A stretch of DNA of 61,035 bases from an uncultured Eubacteriales bacterium (lineage in GTDB: Bacteria > Bacillota > Clostridia > Christensenellales > CAG-138), in contig CADCNE010000004.1 of NCBI GenBank assembly GCA_902802805.1, forward strand, positions 1 to 61,035. Direction: 5' to 3'. Shown piece after piece: positions 33,463-43,086 of the stretch (its first letter is position 1; every line of letters begins with the position of its first letter). The position numbers and the translations under genes are program-made. The notes below the pieces were generated by a model. The model saw only the letters and a list, made by a program, of their open reading frames with translations. It was not told the DNA's origin and did no database searches.

Positions 33463-34935
33463 CTAACCTAACGGCTTGATCTTCTTCCGATACAGCCGGA
33501 GCATCAGCAGCGCGGCGATGATGAGGTGGGTGAACTCCGCGATGGGGAAGGCCCACCAGACCGCCTCGATGCGGTGGGTGCAGCGGGCCATAAGATACGC
33601 CACGGGGAGCAGGATCACCAGCTGCCGGCAGAGGGACGTGATCATGCCGTAGACGCCCGTGTCTGTGGCGCCGTAGACCGTACCCATGGAGATGCCGACG
33701 GCCGCGCAGACGAAGCCCCAGGCGATGATGTGGATGGTGGTGACGGTGACGCCGTAGGTGAAGTCGCTGACGGCGAAAAGCTGCATGAGGGTGGGCGCCC
33801 CCAGCTCAAAGAGGGCCGTGCCCGCGATCATGAAGCAGGCGCAGAACAGCGTCAGCATGCCGTAGGCCCGCATGAACCGCTTCTTGTTCCGGGCGCCGTA
33901 GTTGTAGCCCAGGATGCTCATGGCCGCGTTGTTCAGGCCAAAGACGGGCATGAAGATGACGGACTGGAGGCGGAAGTAGGTGCCGAAGGCGCTCTTGTAG
34001 GCGTCCACGTAGTTCACGTTGGGGTCCAGGGTAGCCACGTGGTACTCGCCCAAGCTCTTGAGGATGCCATTCATGCCCAGGTACATGACTGTGCCCACGG
34101 CCTGCATGAGGATGGAGGGCACGCCCACGCTGTAGATGTCCTTGACGGTCTGCCTGCGGACGTTGAAGTGGGGGCGCTTGAGCTGGATCTCGCTCTTTGA
34201 GCGGGTGAGCATGACCAGGGCCAGCGTCATGGATGCGAACTGGCCCGCCACCGTGGCGATGGCCGCGCCGGTGACGCCCATGGCCGGGATGGGACCGAGG
34301 CCCAGGACGAAGATCCTGTCCAAAACGATATTGGACATGGCGCCGGTGAGCTGCATCATCATGGCCACCATGGTCCGGCCCTGAGCCGTCATGATCCGCT
34401 CGATGCCCACGGAGAGGAAGATGCCCACGCTGAGGGACAGGCAGATGGTCATGTACTCGGTGCCGAAGAGGCGCACGATGGGATCGTTGTCCTGCCAGCG
34501 CATGAAGGCCCCGGAGAGAAACAGGCCGATGCAGGTGAAGAAGAGGGAGCTGATGACCATGAGTACCAGGCCGTTGCCCGCGGCCCGGTTGGCGTCCTCG
34601 ATCCGCTGCTCGCCGAGGCGGCGGGAGATCAGGGAGTTCATGCCCACGGCGGTGCCCACGGCCACGGAGATCATGAGCATCTGCAGGGGGTTCACCGTGG
34701 AAAGGGCGTTCAGGGCCTTGTCGCCGATGGTGCTCTCCGTGCCGGGCACGTAGAGGTCGCCGAGGATGCGGGTGAGCTGCTCCGGGCTCAGGGTGGAGAG
34801 CCGGGACACGAACACGCTGTCCACGATGTTGTAGAGGGCCTGCACCAGCATGCTGACGATGATAGGCCAGCCCATGGAGAGGAGCAGCCGCCCCTCCGGC
34901 GCGGTGGCCATTTTGTTTTTTCTTGTCTGTTCCAT
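33463..34935 (-). CDS. MATE family efflux transporter
   Basis: GRLLLSMGWPIIVSMLVQALYNIVDSVFVSRL and 12-TM MATE-like sequence. The ORF runs on to 35313 but that extension is low-complexity. The start is uncertain: 34944, 34935 or 34911, none with a strong RBS. Confidence 0.85.
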   Translation of the reverse strand: MEQTRKNKMATAPEGRLLLSMGWPIIVSMLVQALYNIVDSVFVSRLSTLSPEQLTRILGDLYVPGTESTIGDKALNALSTVNPLQMLMISVAVGTAVGMNSLISRRLGEQRIEDANRAAGNGLVLMVISSLFFTCIGLFLSGAFMRWQDNDPIVRLFGTEYMTICLSLSVGIFLSVGIERIMTAQGRTMVAMMMQLTGAMSNIVLDRIFVLGLGPIPAMGVTGAAIATVAGQFASMTLALVMLTRSKSEIQLKRPHFNVRRQTVKDIYSVGVPSILMQAVGTVMYLGMNGILKSLGEYHVATLDPNVNYVDAYKSAFGTYFRLQSVIFMPVFGLNNAAMSILGYNYGARNKKRFMRAYGMLTLFCACFMIAGTALFELGAPTLMQLFAVSDFTYGVTVTTIHIIAWGFVCAAVGISMGTVYGATDTGVYGMITSLCRQLVILLPVAYLMARCTHRIEAVWWAFPIAEFTHLIIAALLMLRLYRKKIKPLG

Positions 34936-35113
34936 GGGGAGCATAATATCAAAGAACTTGTGAAAAAGCAATGAAAAAAGCTGATCTTGCGCACTTTTCT
35001 TTGCTTTGGGCGGGGGAAACGCCTTGACAGGGAAGGGGATCGGCGGTAGAGTGGCCCTTGAAAAATCCATGGGTCCGGGAGAAGACCCGAATGGGTATTG
35101 GGAGGTTAACCAC

Positions 35114-36793
35114 ATGAAACATACGATAAGAACAAAGGCACTGGCCCTGCTGACGGTGGGGCTGATGCTGCTGGTCCTTGGGGGCTGGGCGCCGGCCCCC
35201 GCTGACATGAAGATAGTGGAGGTCGCCACCGTGGACGAGCTGCTGGCCGCCATCGGCCCGAACGTCACCGTGGCGCTGCAGCCGGGTGAATACGACTTCG
35301 CTGCCGCCACCACCTACGGGAAGGCCACCGGCAACCCCTGCTGCCGCTGGGACGCCACCGCTGAGCAGGGGTTCGAGCTGTACGTCACGGGCGTCGACGG
35401 ATTGACCCTCCGGGGCGCCGGCATGGACGAGACCACGCTGCTCGCTGAGGATCGGTACGCCAACGTGCTCACCATCGCCAACAGCCGCAACGTGACGGTC
35501 TCCGGCATCACCGCCGGACACGACCCGGCCCCGGGTTACTGCTCAGGCGGCGTGCTGCATTTCGTGAACTGTGGCACGGTGACGGTGGAAGGCTGCGGCC
35601 TGTTCGGCTGCGGCACCACGGGCGTATGGACCATGAACTGCAACGATGTGACCGTCACCGGCAGCCGGATCTATGAGTGCAGCGACAGCGCCGTGTACGC
35701 GGACGGCTGCTGGAACGTGCAGGTGCTGGATTCTGAGATCGACCACAACGGCTGGAAGAACGATACCCCCGCCTCCTGCCTGTTCCAATCCTACGGCGGG
35801 GACGGTTTCACCGTGTCCGACTGCCGGGTCCACGACAACAGCGCTTATACGCTGTTCGAATGCAACAACACCCGCAACGCCTGCTTCCTGACCAACAAGG
35901 TGGAGTATAACGCGCTGCAAAGCGCCTTCACGCTGCGTGGCGTCCCCGCCGTCGTGGGCGGCTGCGCCTTCCACGGCAATGACCTGTACACCTGGTTCGG
36001 GGACAGCTCCCTCGCCGCCCTGGACCCGGATGGGAACGAGCTTACGGCGATCGATCTCGCGGCCATGCAGATCCGGCCCGTCCAGTACGCCGATATGGAG
36101 ATCGCCCCCCTGAAGGAGCCCACGCCGGTGCCCCCGGGCGGAGAGATCACCGTGACCAATGCGGACGAGTTCCTGGCCGCCATCGGCCCCGATCGGACCA
36201 TCGTGGTAAGTGAGAGCTTCTGCCTGGCGGATGCCGCCGACTACGGCAGCGACGAGGGCCTGTACTACCGCTGGGAGACCTGCTACGACGGACCTCAGCT
36301 GGTGATCAGCGGCGTATACGACCTGACGATCCGCGGGGCCAAAGCGGATGGGTCCACCACCGTGACGGCCGTGCCCCGCTACGCCAACGTGATCGGTTTT
36401 ACTTTCTGCGACAACGTGACCATCGCGGACCTGACCCTGGGGCACAGCGACGGGACCAGCGAATGCTCCGGCGACGTGCTGGATTTTGAAAACTGCAACG
36501 GCATCACCCTGGACGGCTGCCGTCTCTACGGCTGCGGCACGCTGGGCGTCAACGCCTGGTACTGCACCGAACTACAGCTCACGGACTGCGAGATCTACGA
36601 CTGTTCCATCGGCGGCGTGGTGCTGGGCAGCGTCTACGACGTGACCTTTGAGAATTGCTCCATCCACGACGTGCCGAGCCCGGCCATCAGCCTCTACGGC
36701 TGCGACGAGGTGATGTGGAACAACGCGGACGTGTCCGGCGAGCACTTCGACGTGTCCAAAAGCGGCAACCTGATCCCGGTCACCATAGGATAA
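35114..36793 (+). CDS. secreted right-handed parallel beta-helix repeat protein with an internal two-fold duplication
   Basis: ORF trimmed to MKHTIRTKALALLTVGLMLLVL after a GGGAGG RBS. The two homologous halves share DELLAAIGPN / DEFLAAIGPD, RYANVL / RYANVI and GCGLFGCGTTGV / GCRLYGCGTLGV. Confidence 0.75.
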   Translation: MKHTIRTKALALLTVGLMLLVLGGWAPAPADMKIVEVATVDELLAAIGPNVTVALQPGEYDFAAATTYGKATGNPCCRWDATAEQGFELYVTGVDGLTLRGAGMDETTLLAEDRYANVLTIANSRNVTVSGITAGHDPAPGYCSGGVLHFVNCGTVTVEGCGLFGCGTTGVWTMNCNDVTVTGSRIYECSDSAVYADGCWNVQVLDSEIDHNGWKNDTPASCLFQSYGGDGFTVSDCRVHDNSAYTLFECNNTRNACFLTNKVEYNALQSAFTLRGVPAVVGGCAFHGNDLYTWFGDSSLAALDPDGNELTAIDLAAMQIRPVQYADMEIAPLKEPTPVPPGGEITVTNADEFLAAIGPDRTIVVSESFCLADAADYGSDEGLYYRWETCYDGPQLVISGVYDLTIRGAKADGSTTVTAVPRYANVIGFTFCDNVTIADLTLGHSDGTSECSGDVLDFENCNGITLDGCRLYGCGTLGVNAWYCTELQLTDCEIYDCSIGGVVLGSVYDVTFENCSIHDVPSPAISLYGCDEVMWNNADVSGEHFDVSKSGNLIPVTIG

Positions 36794-36795
36794 GC

Positions 36796-36850
36796 GGAAA
36801 AACAAAACGATGCCCGGCGGGGGCTGACCCCGCCGGGCGCTTCTTTTTTG
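36796..36850. terminator. bidirectional rho-independent terminator between convergent genes
   Basis: gcccggcgggg-gctga-ccccgccgggc stem with an upstream A-rich tract and a downstream T6 run. Confidence 0.8.
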
Positions 36851-36853
36851 GGT

Positions 36854-37567
36854 TTATTCCACCCGCTCCAGCGTGGGCTGCTTGGAGAGGTAGAGGCAGT
36901 AGACGATGGCGACGACGATGGTAGCGACCATGAAGACAGTGTCCCCCACCACGTTGTCCCGGCTGAAAACGCTGGCGGCGTCGATGATGCCGTGGATCAG
37001 GATGCACGCGAGAAGGCTCCCGCTCTTAAGGTACGCGAAGGTCAGGAGGAAGCCCCAGGCAATGGCGAAGACCATCTGCAGCAGGGTGTCCATGGTGGCT
37101 TGGCCCGTCAGCAGGTTGATGAGGTGCCCCATGCCGAAGGTCACCGCGGAGACGATGATGGCAACGGTGAGGCTGCCGGTCTTGCGCATGCCGTTGAAGA
37201 GGAAGCCCCGGAAGACGGTCTCCTCCACGAAGCCCACCAGCAGGAAGGACAGGGTGGCCATGACCGCGTTGATACCGGTGTATTTTAGGCCCAGACCGCT
37301 CCACAGGTTCCCCGTGGAGAGGATCCAGATGGGGATGAGCCACAGGATCTTTTTCCCATTCCGGATCCAGCGATCGAGGCCCAGCTCCCCCTGAAGCGTA
37401 TTGGCGCGAATGAACAGGAGGAGGCCTGTGGAGATGGCCGTGAGGCCCAGGAGCATCTGGATGCTGTCGTCCCCAAAGCGACCCCGGATGGGGGCCATGA
37501 CCGCGCAGTACAAAACGATCCACAGGACCGCGAATAGAATGGGTTTGGTTTCATAGAGTTTACGCAT
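36854..37567 (-). CDS. CPBP family intramembrane glutamic endopeptidase (CAAX protease-like)
   Basis: 237 aa polytopic protein. EETVFRGFLF and FGMGHL are CPBP motifs. Confidence 0.88.
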   Translation of the reverse strand: MRKLYETKPILFAVLWIVLYCAVMAPIRGRFGDDSIQMLLGLTAISTGLLLFIRANTLQGELGLDRWIRNGKKILWLIPIWILSTGNLWSGLGLKYTGINAVMATLSFLLVGFVEETVFRGFLFNGMRKTGSLTVAIIVSAVTFGMGHLINLLTGQATMDTLLQMVFAIAWGFLLTFAYLKSGSLLACILIHGIIDAASVFSRDNVVGDTVFMVATIVVAIVYCLYLSKQPTLERVE

Positions 37568-38141
37568 ATTCTTCTCCTTTGGATGTCAGGGCCGCCAGGG
37601 CGCCGTTGAAGACGGTCTCCAGCATGGCCGCACATTCTGTTTCATCGTATTCCATAGCGTTGTTGCAGAGGAGGCTCCCCAGGCCGTGGGCCACGGCGAA
37701 GAAGGTCATGAACAGCTTCTCCGCCTCCGCCGCCGGGCAGCCCAAAGCCTCCGCCAGGATGGCCACCAGCTCATCGGACCCCGGCCAGCGGAGCAGGCCC
37801 TTGAAGTCCATGCCCCCGAACCGGTCGCTCTCGAACAGGAAGCGAAACAGGTGTTTTTCCTCATAGCCGAAGCGGACGTAGTTGAGACCCAGCTCCAATA
37901 GAGCGTCGGCGCCTTCGCCGCCCTTGGGCAGGATATTGGCCGTGTGGAACTCGTCCGCCCGCTGATAGACGGCGTCCTTCAGCTCCTCTACCGCGGCGAA
38001 GTTGTAGAGGATAGGCTGGGTGGAGCAACCCAGGCGCTTTGCCAGGGTGCGCACGTTCAGCGCCTCGTGGCCCTCGGCACGGACCAGGTCGAAGGCGGCG
38101 TCCAGTATCATGTCCCGGGTGATCCTGGCCTTGGGCGGCAT
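37560..38141 (-). CDS. TetR/AcrR family transcriptional regulator
   Basis: 193 aa. ITRDMILDAAFDLVRAEGHEALNVRTLAKRLGCSTQPILYNF is a TetR HTH. 8-nt overlap with the CPBP gene. Confidence 0.9.
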   Translation of the reverse strand: MPPKARITRDMILDAAFDLVRAEGHEALNVRTLAKRLGCSTQPILYNFAAVEELKDAVYQRADEFHTANILPKGGEGADALLELGLNYVRFGYEEKHLFRFLFESDRFGGMDFKGLLRWPGSDELVAILAEALGCPAAEAEKLFMTFFAVAHGLGSLLCNNAMEYDETECAAMLETVFNGALAALTSKGEEYA

Positions 38142-38154
38142 GGGCTCTCCTCCT

Positions 38155-38176
38155 TTATATAACGCTTGTTATAAAA
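38155..38176. promoter_or_regulatory. inverted repeat in the TetR / MFS divergent region; candidate TetR operator
   Basis: tataac-gctt-gttata core (38158-38173) lies just upstream of the TetR start codon. Confidence 0.35.
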
Positions 38177-38251
38177 CGGAGTATACGACCTCTCCCCTCT
38201 CCTGTCAAGCCCTTTTGCCGGACGGGAACAAAAATATATAGTATCTATCCT

Positions 38252-38280
38252 TTGCCTCTCTCCTGCCGATACGGTATACT
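38252..38280 (+). promoter_or_regulatory. SigA-type promoter for the MFS / GT-like genes
   Basis: TTGCCT (38252-38257), 17 nt spacer, TATACT (38275-38280). Confidence 0.5.
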
Positions 38281-38339
38281 TTTATATTGAAATATGGGCC
38301 TTTGGGGTCCAGAACAAAAAAGCATGCGGGGGAGAATCG

Positions 38340-39740
38340 ATGAAAACAAGACGTCTTACCAAGAAAGAAATGTGGATCTTCGCCATCGGCCAGCTGGGCT
38401 GGTCCATTTTGGGCGGCATCATCAACACCTGGCTGGTCACCTTCTACCTGCCCACCAGCGGCTCCGTGGCGGCGGGAGCCAAGTTCTACGTGCCCACGGG
38501 CCTGGTGGTCTTCGGGGTCCTGACGGTGCTGGGCCTCATCACCTTCATCTGCCGCATCTTCGACGCGATCACGGACCCCTGGATCGCGTCCCTCAGCGAT
38601 AGGAGCGCAAACCCCAAGGGCCGCCGCATCCCCTTCATGAAGCGGGCCGCCGTTCCCTTCGCCATCATCACGGTGCTGGTGTTCTTCGCGCCGGTGGAGG
38701 GCGTGAGCGGCGTGAACATTGCCTGGGTCCTCTGCTCCCTCATCCTCTTCTATCTCTTTATGACCATGTACTGCACCCCCTACAACGCCCTCATCAGTGA
38801 GTTCGGCAAGACCCAGGAGGACCGCATGTACATCTCCACGGCCATCTCCCTGACCTTCTTCTTTGGGACGCTGATCGCCTACCTGCCCTTCGTGTTCGCA
38901 GGGCCGCTGCAGAAGATGGTGTCCTACGCCTGGAGCTACCGGATCTGGTTCATCGTCCTCGCAGCCATCGGCCTCGTTTGTCTGTTGGTGCCCGTCTTTA
39001 AGCTCAACGAAAAGGAGTTCGTGGACGCCGTGCCCAGCGACAGCGACACCATCAAGAGTCTTGGTAAGACCTTCAAGAACAGGGACTTTCTGAAGTTCGC
39101 CGCCTCCGACATCGCCTACTGGATCGGCCTCACCCTGTTCCAGACGGGCCTGCCCTTCTTCGTGAAGGTGAGTATGCAGCTGGACGAATTCTACACCACC
39201 GTGTTCCTGGGGGCCATGACGGTGCTCTCCGCCTGCTTCTATCCGGTGGTCTCCAGGCTGGTCATGAAGTTCGGCAAGAAGAAGCTGGTCATCTGCGGCT
39301 TCCTGGGCCTTGCTGTCGCGTACGTGGTCACCGCCCTCACGGGCGTTGTCCCGGGGCTCACGGGGGTCCTGCCCGGCGCACTGATCGTCGTCATCGCCGC
39401 CTTCCCCATGGCCCTCCTCGGCATCATCCCCCAGGCCATCGTGGCTGACGTGGCCGAGCAGGACGCCATCCTCACCGGCGAGAAGCGGGAGGGCATGTTC
39501 TTCGCCGCCCGGACCTTCGCCATGAAGTTCGGCCAGTCCGTGGCCATGCTGGTGTTCACCTCCCTGGCCGTCCTCGGCACCACCCAGGACCTCAAGAGCA
39601 ACGATCTCACCGCCTCCCCCATCGGCCTAAGGATCGTGGCCATCGTGGCGGTGTGCTTCTGCGTCCTGGGCGCCATCATCCTGGCCGCCTACGACGAGAA
39701 GAAGGTCATGAAAACCATCACCGACAACGCGGAGAAATAA
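38340..39740 (+). CDS. MFS transporter, glycoside-pentoside-hexuronide (GPH):cation symporter-like
   Basis: 466 aa, 12-TM pattern. The AITDPWIASLSDR motif is typical of GPH/MelB-like carriers. Confidence 0.8.
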   Translation: MKTRRLTKKEMWIFAIGQLGWSILGGIINTWLVTFYLPTSGSVAAGAKFYVPTGLVVFGVLTVLGLITFICRIFDAITDPWIASLSDRSANPKGRRIPFMKRAAVPFAIITVLVFFAPVEGVSGVNIAWVLCSLILFYLFMTMYCTPYNALISEFGKTQEDRMYISTAISLTFFFGTLIAYLPFVFAGPLQKMVSYAWSYRIWFIVLAAIGLVCLLVPVFKLNEKEFVDAVPSDSDTIKSLGKTFKNRDFLKFAASDIAYWIGLTLFQTGLPFFVKVSMQLDEFYTTVFLGAMTVLSACFYPVVSRLVMKFGKKKLVICGFLGLAVAYVVTALTGVVPGLTGVLPGALIVVIAAFPMALLGIIPQAIVADVAEQDAILTGEKREGMFFAARTFAMKFGQSVAMLVFTSLAVLGTTQDLKSNDLTASPIGLRIVAIVAVCFCVLGAIILAAYDEKKVMKTITDNAEK

Positions 39741-39749
39741 GGAGCCGCC

Positions 39750-41192
39750 ATGGATAAGAGCAGCGTGATCTTCGGCAACCCCATGGACGAGAAGACCTTG
39801 CGGAAGGCCGAGAAGGCCAAGGCCGGGTTTTTGAAGAAGTTCGGGGACGACACCGAAAAGGTATACCACCTGGGCTTGAAGCCCATCGACCAGATCCCGG
39901 AGCTGGGCATCCAGAATCTGGTGCACAGCGACACGCCCCTGGAGCTGCCGGAGAACGCCCTGATCGTGGGCAACATCCGCATGGGCTTCGGCCATTACCG
40001 GATCGCCATGGCCATCGCCTCTTGCGCCAGGGCCCTGGGGCGGCAGCCGGTCTGGTTCGACCTCGCTAGTTTCGACGCCACCGGGTCCAGGATGATCCGG
40101 CATCAGAACGACCTCTACTCCATGGGGTCGAAGCTCAGCCAGAAGGTGGGCCTCTTCAACAAGCTCTACTGGGAGCCCCTCAACAGCGAGGGCTTCCGGC
40201 AGATCACCTACAACGCGGGGGATCAGAAGAACGCGGAGCTGCTGGTGCCCCTGTTCCGGGACCTCCCCAAGGACGTGCCCTATGTGGGCACCCACGTGTG
40301 GCCCAGCCAGGGGGCGGTCCACGCCGGGCTCACCCACGTGGTGAACGCCATCCCCGACAACTGGCCCATGGGCCTCCACTTGGCCGAGGGGTCCATCCAC
40401 ACGGTCCAGACCCCCTTTGCGTACCTGGGCTACAAAAAGCTCAACGGCATGGCGAAGACCGCTTTGAAGCCCATGCCCGACGGGGACCTTTTCGACGTGG
40501 GCCACTACATCGACCACGAGCTGGTGGAAGGCGTGGAGCACGACTGCGAGAAGCGTATGGAGCGGCTCGACAGCGGCAAGCCCGTCCGGTTCCTCATGAC
40601 CGTGGGCGGCGCGGGGGCCGGCGGGGACCTGTACCTCGCCATGACCCGGCACCTGCTCCCGTATGTCAAGGCGGGCAAGGCGGAGCTGTGGATCAACTTC
40701 GGCGACCATCTGACCATGTGGGACGTGTTTAAGAAGGAGATGCCGGAGCTTAAGGAGACCGTGAGGACCTACTTCGACGACTACGCGGGTCTCAAAGCCT
40801 GGGCCGCCACGTTGGACGGGGACAGCCCCGCGGGCGTCACCGCCTTCTGCCACAGGGACATCTTCGAGGCGGTGTACTCCACGAACCTGCTCATGCGCAA
40901 GTGCGACGTGCTGGTGACCAAGCCGTCGGAGCTGGCCTTCTACCCGGTGCCCAAGCTCATGATGCGGCACATCGGCGGCCACGAGGTCTACGGCGCCGTC
41001 CACGCCCAGGAGCTGGGGGATTCCACCTTTGAGTGCGAGACCGCCGCCGCCCTCGCGGACATGATCGACACCCTCATCACTGACCCGGCCATCCTGCGCC
41101 ATATGTGCAACCGCATCTTGGCCCTCAAGGACCAGGGCGTCTATAACGGCGGCTATGAGGTCGTGAAGCTGGCAATTAAAGGAAGGGATTGA
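39750..41192 (+). CDS. uncharacterised protein with GT-B (MGDG-synthase/MurG-like) glycosyltransferase features
   Basis: 480 aa. The coding call is solid: codon usage, tight spacing, and a GGAG RBS. The functional call is tentative and rests on FLMTVGGAGAGGD and DVLVTKPSELAFYPVPKLM, which resemble GT28/MGDG-synthase C-domain motifs. Confidence 0.5.
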   Translation: MDKSSVIFGNPMDEKTLRKAEKAKAGFLKKFGDDTEKVYHLGLKPIDQIPELGIQNLVHSDTPLELPENALIVGNIRMGFGHYRIAMAIASCARALGRQPVWFDLASFDATGSRMIRHQNDLYSMGSKLSQKVGLFNKLYWEPLNSEGFRQITYNAGDQKNAELLVPLFRDLPKDVPYVGTHVWPSQGAVHAGLTHVVNAIPDNWPMGLHLAEGSIHTVQTPFAYLGYKKLNGMAKTALKPMPDGDLFDVGHYIDHELVEGVEHDCEKRMERLDSGKPVRFLMTVGGAGAGGDLYLAMTRHLLPYVKAGKAELWINFGDHLTMWDVFKKEMPELKETVRTYFDDYAGLKAWAATLDGDSPAGVTAFCHRDIFEAVYSTNLLMRKCDVLVTKPSELAFYPVPKLMMRHIGGHEVYGAVHAQELGDSTFECETAAALADMIDTLITDPAILRHMCNRILALKDQGVYNGGYEVVKLAIKGRD

Positions 41193-41200
41193 AAGGCTAC

Positions 41201-41342
41201 GCGCCTTTTCTTCGAAGAGAAAAGGCGCCCCAAAAGAACTTAAATGGGAAGTATCGCTTGCGCTGTACTTCCCATTATTATTCCTAAGTTTCTCTTTTTC
41301 CGCCGCTTTTTCTCTTTGTCTAAAGAGAAAAAGCGGCAAAGG
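41201..41342 (+). repeat. tripartite palindromic intergenic element, full-length copy (hairpins A, B, C)
   Basis: Hairpin A is gcgccttttct/agaaaaggcgc. A linker ccaaaagaacttaaa follows. Hairpin B is tgggaagta/tacttccca. A second linker is ttattattcctaagtttctcttttt. Hairpin C is ccgccgctttttctcttt-gtct-aaagagaaaaagcggc followed by aaagg. It lies between convergent genes. Confidence 0.85.
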
Positions 41343-41352
41343 ATATGATTCG

Positions 41353-42918
41353 TTAATCACCCACATCCAATGCCTCTAATTTGCTCTTCGATGGGATGGG
41401 CTTGCTGTCGCCGTGCTTTACGAAGAACATGGTGAAGGCTGCCAGGACCACGAACACCGTGGCGTAGGGGAACAGGGTGGTCATGCCGGCCCTGTCCATG
41501 AGCGCGCCGGAGAAGTAGGGCGTGAACGTCTGGGCGGCCATGCTGGCGGTGTAGTAGAAGCCGGTGTACTTGCCCACGTCGCCGCCCCGGGAAAGCTCCA
41601 CCACCATGGGGAAGCTGTTCACGTTGATGGTGGCCCAGCCGATGCCGGCCAGGGCGAACATGCAGTTCATGAGCATGGCCGAGCTCCCCTCCCTGAGGAA
41701 GGAGGCGATGCAGAAGGACGTGGCCAGGAGCCCGATGCCGATCAGGATGGTCTTCTTCCGGCCGATCCTGCTGGCCAGCATGCCCACGGGGATATAGGAG
41801 ATGATGGCGGCCACGTTGGCGATGAGCAGCGTGCTGTTGTAATCGAGGGACAGGACCTTGCCCGCGTAGACGGAGTATTTCGACGTGACGGCGTTGTAGC
41901 CCATGAACCAGAACACCACGGACACCAGGATCAGGATGATGGAAGTGAGCTCCGGCTTCGTCAGTTTCCGTGTGACACCGGCCGCCATTTCCTCGGGGGT
42001 GGCTTCGTCGAGATCGTATTTGGCGCTCTCCTCCTCCATCTCCCGGACGAATCGGGGCTCGTCCACCGTGAGGCGGAAGACGACCAGGGCGACGAGCATG
42101 ACGACGGCCACGATGCCGAAGAACACCGTGTAGCTCATGAGGGAATTCTTTACCGCGCCGGTGGCGAACACCATGCCCATGGCGAGGACGATCATGCCGC
42201 CCGCCGTGCCCATCAGGTTGATGATGGCGTTCGCTTTAGACCGGAGGGGCTTCATGGTCACGTCCGGCATCAGCGCCACCGCCGGGGAGCGGAAGGTGGC
42301 CATGGCGATGAGGATGACGAGGAGCACCGCGATGAACAGAACGAGCGTCCTGGGGTTCGCCTTGGTGGCCTGCCGGGCGTAGAGCTGCCGGGCGGGGACC
42401 ACGTAGTTGGAGTAGTCCGGGTTGGTGGACTTCTTGCCGGTCTCCGGGTCCACCCGCTGGGACTCGATGGCAGCAAACTCCGCCTTGGTGAACTTGTCCT
42501 TCAGGATCGCCTGCTGTCCGTCTGGGGTCTGGATAATTTCGTCCTGCTCGGCGTCGTAAAGGATCTCGAGAGCGGCGGGATCGTCGATCTTCGCCACGGC
42601 CTCGATGTTCTTGAGCTGCATATTGTCCACGAAGGACAGGCCCACCAGCAGCACGGCGGCCACGATGGTGCCGTAGAGGATGAAGGGGGTCCGGCGGCCC
42701 AACCTGTGGCGGCACTTGTCGGAGACGGTGCCGAAGAGGGGCAGCATGAACAGGGCGAGCACGTTGTCGAGGGCCATGATGATGCCGGAGTTGGCCTGGG
42801 TCATGCCGAATTTGTCGGTCAGGATCTTGGGGATGATGGTGTCGTAGGCGTTCCAGAAGGTGCAGATCAGAAAGAACGCGAAGCCGACGAGGATGGTGCG
42901 CTTGTAGTTGAGTTTCAT
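41353..42918 (-). CDS. MFS transporter (GPH/SLC45-like sugar:cation symporter family) with a large central loop
   Basis: 521 aa. LPLFGTVSDKCRHRLGRRTPFILYG motif and 12-TM pattern. Confidence 0.8.
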   Translation of the reverse strand: MKLNYKRTILVGFAFFLICTFWNAYDTIIPKILTDKFGMTQANSGIIMALDNVLALFMLPLFGTVSDKCRHRLGRRTPFILYGTIVAAVLLVGLSFVDNMQLKNIEAVAKIDDPAALEILYDAEQDEIIQTPDGQQAILKDKFTKAEFAAIESQRVDPETGKKSTNPDYSNYVVPARQLYARQATKANPRTLVLFIAVLLVILIAMATFRSPAVALMPDVTMKPLRSKANAIINLMGTAGGMIVLAMGMVFATGAVKNSLMSYTVFFGIVAVVMLVALVVFRLTVDEPRFVREMEEESAKYDLDEATPEEMAAGVTRKLTKPELTSIILILVSVVFWFMGYNAVTSKYSVYAGKVLSLDYNSTLLIANVAAIISYIPVGMLASRIGRKKTILIGIGLLATSFCIASFLREGSSAMLMNCMFALAGIGWATINVNSFPMVVELSRGGDVGKYTGFYYTASMAAQTFTPYFSGALMDRAGMTTLFPYATVFVVLAAFTMFFVKHGDSKPIPSKSKLEALDVGD

Positions 42919-43086
42919 AGGTCCCTCCCTGTCCAGTGGTCGGCTCCATTGTATCGCACTTTTTCTACAATAACAACCTGAATCTTCTACTTAACGTATT
43001 CCATTTGTCACAGGAATTACGCAAATCCCTATTGTCAAAGGGGTCCCTTTCTGATAACATAGGGTCTCTGAAAGAGGAAAGAATAT

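Noticed and set aside
34936-35313. N-terminal extension of the MATE transporter ORF (up to 616 aa)
   Set aside because: The extension is not MATE-like and is low-complexity. It would also overlap the start of the convergently placed beta-helix gene and its promoter region. MATE homology begins near MEQTRKNKMATAPEG.
39627-42981. 579-aa minus-strand and 522-aa plus-strand ORFs opposite the GT-like gene and the second MFS gene
   Set aside because: Antisense shadow ORFs. The sense-strand products have coherent TM or domain patterns, and these do not.
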